From Candidatus Parcubacteria bacterium (GTDB lineage Bacteria; Patescibacteriota; Patescibacteriia; Patescibacteriales; BM507), in assembly GCA_002869265.1 (NCBI GenBank), contig PKTH01000040.1, positions 5,120 to 69,119 on the forward strand: a DNA stretch of 64,000 bases. Reading direction: 5' to 3'. This document shows positions 62,590 to 64,000 of the stretch, piece by piece; the first letter of the stretch is position 1; every line of letters begins with the position of its first letter. A model generated the notes under the pieces. The model was not told where the DNA came from and searched no databases. It saw only the letters and a program-made list of their open reading frames with translations. A program made the position numbers and the translations under genes.

Positions 62590-62727
62590 ATTTTTGTACT
62601 ATTCAATAAAAGATTATCACACCTTGATTAATTTATCAAAAGGTGTTAATATCAAATCTATAAATTAAAGATATTAATTATATATTTATAAAACCTGGAA
62701 TATCGTTTTATAAATTTTTTTGTGTTT

Positions 62728-62895
62728 ATGGCAAGACAATGCGAATTGTGTGGAAGAGGTTCAACAAAGGACGCCTCAAGATCTCACTCAAACATCAAAA
62801 CAATCAAGAGACAATACGTTAATCTGCAAACAAAAAAAGTTGGTGATAAAAAATACAAAGTTTGCACTAAGTGTTTAAGGACTCTAACAAAATAA
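62728..62895 (+). CDS. rpmB: Ribosomal protein L28 (55 aa), below the ORF-track cutoff
   Basis: MARQCELCGRGSTKDASRSHSNIKTIKRQYVNLQTKKV...VCTKCLRTLTK matches the L28 pattern MA..C..CGK....G...SHSN.KT.R...NLQ. Confidence 0.85.
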   Translation: MARQCELCGRGSTKDASRSHSNIKTIKRQYVNLQTKKVGDKKYKVCTKCLRTLTK

Positions 62896-62920
62896 AAAAG
62901 CCCCTTAAGCTTTTTATTAG

Positions 62921-62949
62921 AAAAATACGTGATAAATCACGTATTTTTT
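62921..62949. terminator. Bidirectional terminator between rpmB and acyP
   Basis: aaaatacgtgat/atcacgtatttt perfect 12-bp hairpin flanked by A-runs and T-runs. Confidence 0.75.
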
Positions 62950-63226
62950 AGTGTTGCATTATCTCAAATGATTCTATTTCTTCATCTACCTCGTTTTCTT
63001 CGTGCTCTACTTTCTTCACTTTTGCTAATTCAGGTCCCTCTCCACAAAGATCAAGATAATCATCTAACGACTCTCTTGGCCCCTGCACTAAAGTATAGAC
63101 ATCTCCATTGTCTTGGTTTCTCACAAAACCTGCTAAATCAAGCTCTCTGGCTCTTTCTTTCAGCCAAAAACGAAATCCAACTCCCTGGACGTCTCCTGAT
63201 ATTTTTATGATATATTGAGTCTTCAT
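62948..63226 (-). CDS. acyP: Acylphosphatase
   Basis: ISGDVQGVGFRFWLKERARELDLAGFVRNQDNGDV is the acylphosphatase signature. Confidence 0.88.
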   Translation of the reverse strand: MKTQYIIKISGDVQGVGFRFWLKERARELDLAGFVRNQDNGDVYTLVQGPRESLDDYLDLCGEGPELAKVKKVEHEENEVDEEIESFEIMQH

Positions 63227-63352
63227 ATTTACAAAAACAATAAGGCTAAAATAACTGCAGCTAAAACAGTGAATTCAATTGAAAAAATTTTTAAGAATGT
63301 GATACCCATTCTGTCTACATCAACCAGCATATATTTATATTAAAAATATAAA

Positions 63353-63760
63353 TTATTCTTCCTCTTCCTCATCTGGGATGTTCTCAACTCTTCTATTCAC
63401 TAGATCAACTACGTCATCTAGCTTCCAATCTGTTTTCACTAAAAAATCAAATACTCCAAATTTTGCAGCCTCTGCGACATGGACTGGATCTGAAATGTTC
63501 GTCAGCATTATTACCGGAACTGAAGCCCCCCAAGAATCATCTTCTCTTATTTTTTCCAAAACGGTTAAGCCGTCCATCTTAGGCATCATAATGTCAAGCA
63601 TCACCAAATCAGGATTTTTTTTAAGACCAATATTTAAACCCTCCTCTCCATCATTAGCTACTAGGACCTTGTAACTTTTTTTTAATTTTAATGACAGAGC
63701 TTCGGCCATAGAGAACTGATCCTCGACAACCAATACTGTTCTCTTATTAGATTGTTTCAT
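63353..63760 (-). CDS. Single-domain response regulator (CheY-like receiver)
   Basis: VLVVEDQ...DLVMLDIMMPKMDG...PVIMLT...K; there is no output domain. Confidence 0.85.
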   Translation of the reverse strand: MKQSNKRTVLVVEDQFSMAEALSLKLKKSYKVLVANDGEEGLNIGLKKNPDLVMLDIMMPKMDGLTVLEKIREDDSWGASVPVIMLTNISDPVHVAEAAKFGVFDFLVKTDWKLDDVVDLVNRRVENIPDEEEEE

Positions 63761-63783
63761 AATATTTTTAAAATTAGGTTAAT

Positions 63784-64000
63784 TTATACCGATAATGATT
63801 TTGACCCCCCTTTTTTCTTCATCCCTTTTAATGGGATTTTAATAAACACTGTTGTTCCCAGGCCTTCTAAGTTTGGGTCTCCTTCTTCGCTAAATATTTC
63901 CTTACTCGGTGATTCAAACCAAATACTTCCTCCAGATTTTTCAATAATCGCCTTAACTATATATAGACCCAAGCCAGTCCCAACTGATTCAATCCTTTTT
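63784..64000 (-). CDS. Sensor histidine kinase, C-terminal HATPase_c portion; the 5' end lies beyond the window end
   Basis: ...GTGLGLYIVKAIIEKSGGSIWFES... is the G2 box. The frame is open to position 64000, and the track start is an internal TTG. Confidence 0.8.
   Translation of the reverse strand, partial: KRIESVGTGLGLYIVKAIIEKSGGSIWFESPSKEIFSEEGDPNLEGLGTTVFIKIPLKGMKKKGGSKSLSV

Noticed and set aside
63229-63330. 33-codon hydrophobic minus-strand ORF (MLVDVDRMGITFLKIFSIEFTVLAAVILALLFL) between the response regulator and acyP
   Set aside because: It has no SD and is too short to separate from chance. It is noted only as a possible membrane micropeptide.

Overview
AT-rich bacterial chromosomal segment with almost all genes on the minus strand. 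Several features together suggest a Candidate Phyla Radiation (Patescibacteria)-type genome; this is inference, not a database result: rpsE runs straight into rplO with no L30 gene, many proteins carry Lys/Ala/Glu-rich tails, one surface protein is 3321 aa, and the metabolic genes are few (glycogen and lower glycolysis). Layout: (1) 1-2.4 kb holds a truncated fpg, a DUF45-like hydrolase and an M23 peptidase. (2) 2.5-12.4 kb is one ORF for a membrane-anchored giant surface protein with a Gly-rich beta-helix-like region and at least 15 FN3-like modules, with a G8 tract abutting its start codon. (3) 12.5-20.3 kb is a non-core block next to tRNA-Tyr: JAB/MPN protein, an operon of Cys-rich membrane protein, Atm1-type ABC exporter and small-alarmone-hydrolase-like HD protein, a fused OMP-decarboxylase/PRTase gene, and a YfbR-like HD nucleotidase. 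A 16-nt copy of the tRNA 3' end lies 165 bp downstream of the tRNA. (4) 20.4-26.8 kb is an alpha-glucan cluster (GlgP-type phosphorylase, glycogen-synthase-like GT, GH57, GH15), followed by tRNA-Thr. (5) 27-43 kb is housekeeping: TPR protein, fba, tpiA, DD-carboxypeptidase, scpBA, YbaK-like deacylase with an H1-like tail, aspS behind a T-box leader, recO, ruvX, map, CaCA antiporter and a MacB-like ABC pair. (6) 43.5-60.4 kb holds the secY-spc-S10-str ribosomal cluster (secY to rpsL, with tuf and fusA). (7) 60.6-64 kb holds a plus-strand three-gene operon of unknowns, an M50 protease, rpmB, acyP and a response regulator with a partial histidine kinase. Points most worth a second look: a single in-frame TAA inside an otherwise intact secY; the giant protein and its G8 tract; the OMPDC-PRTase fusion; the alarmone-hydrolase/ABC operon; a 52-codon Cys-rich ORF with a strong SD between rpsG and fusA; a GC-elevated Cys-rich duplicated 122-aa ORF with a long structured leader; and the orphan three-gene operon. 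I recognised no CRISPR array, rRNA gene, integrase or transposase.
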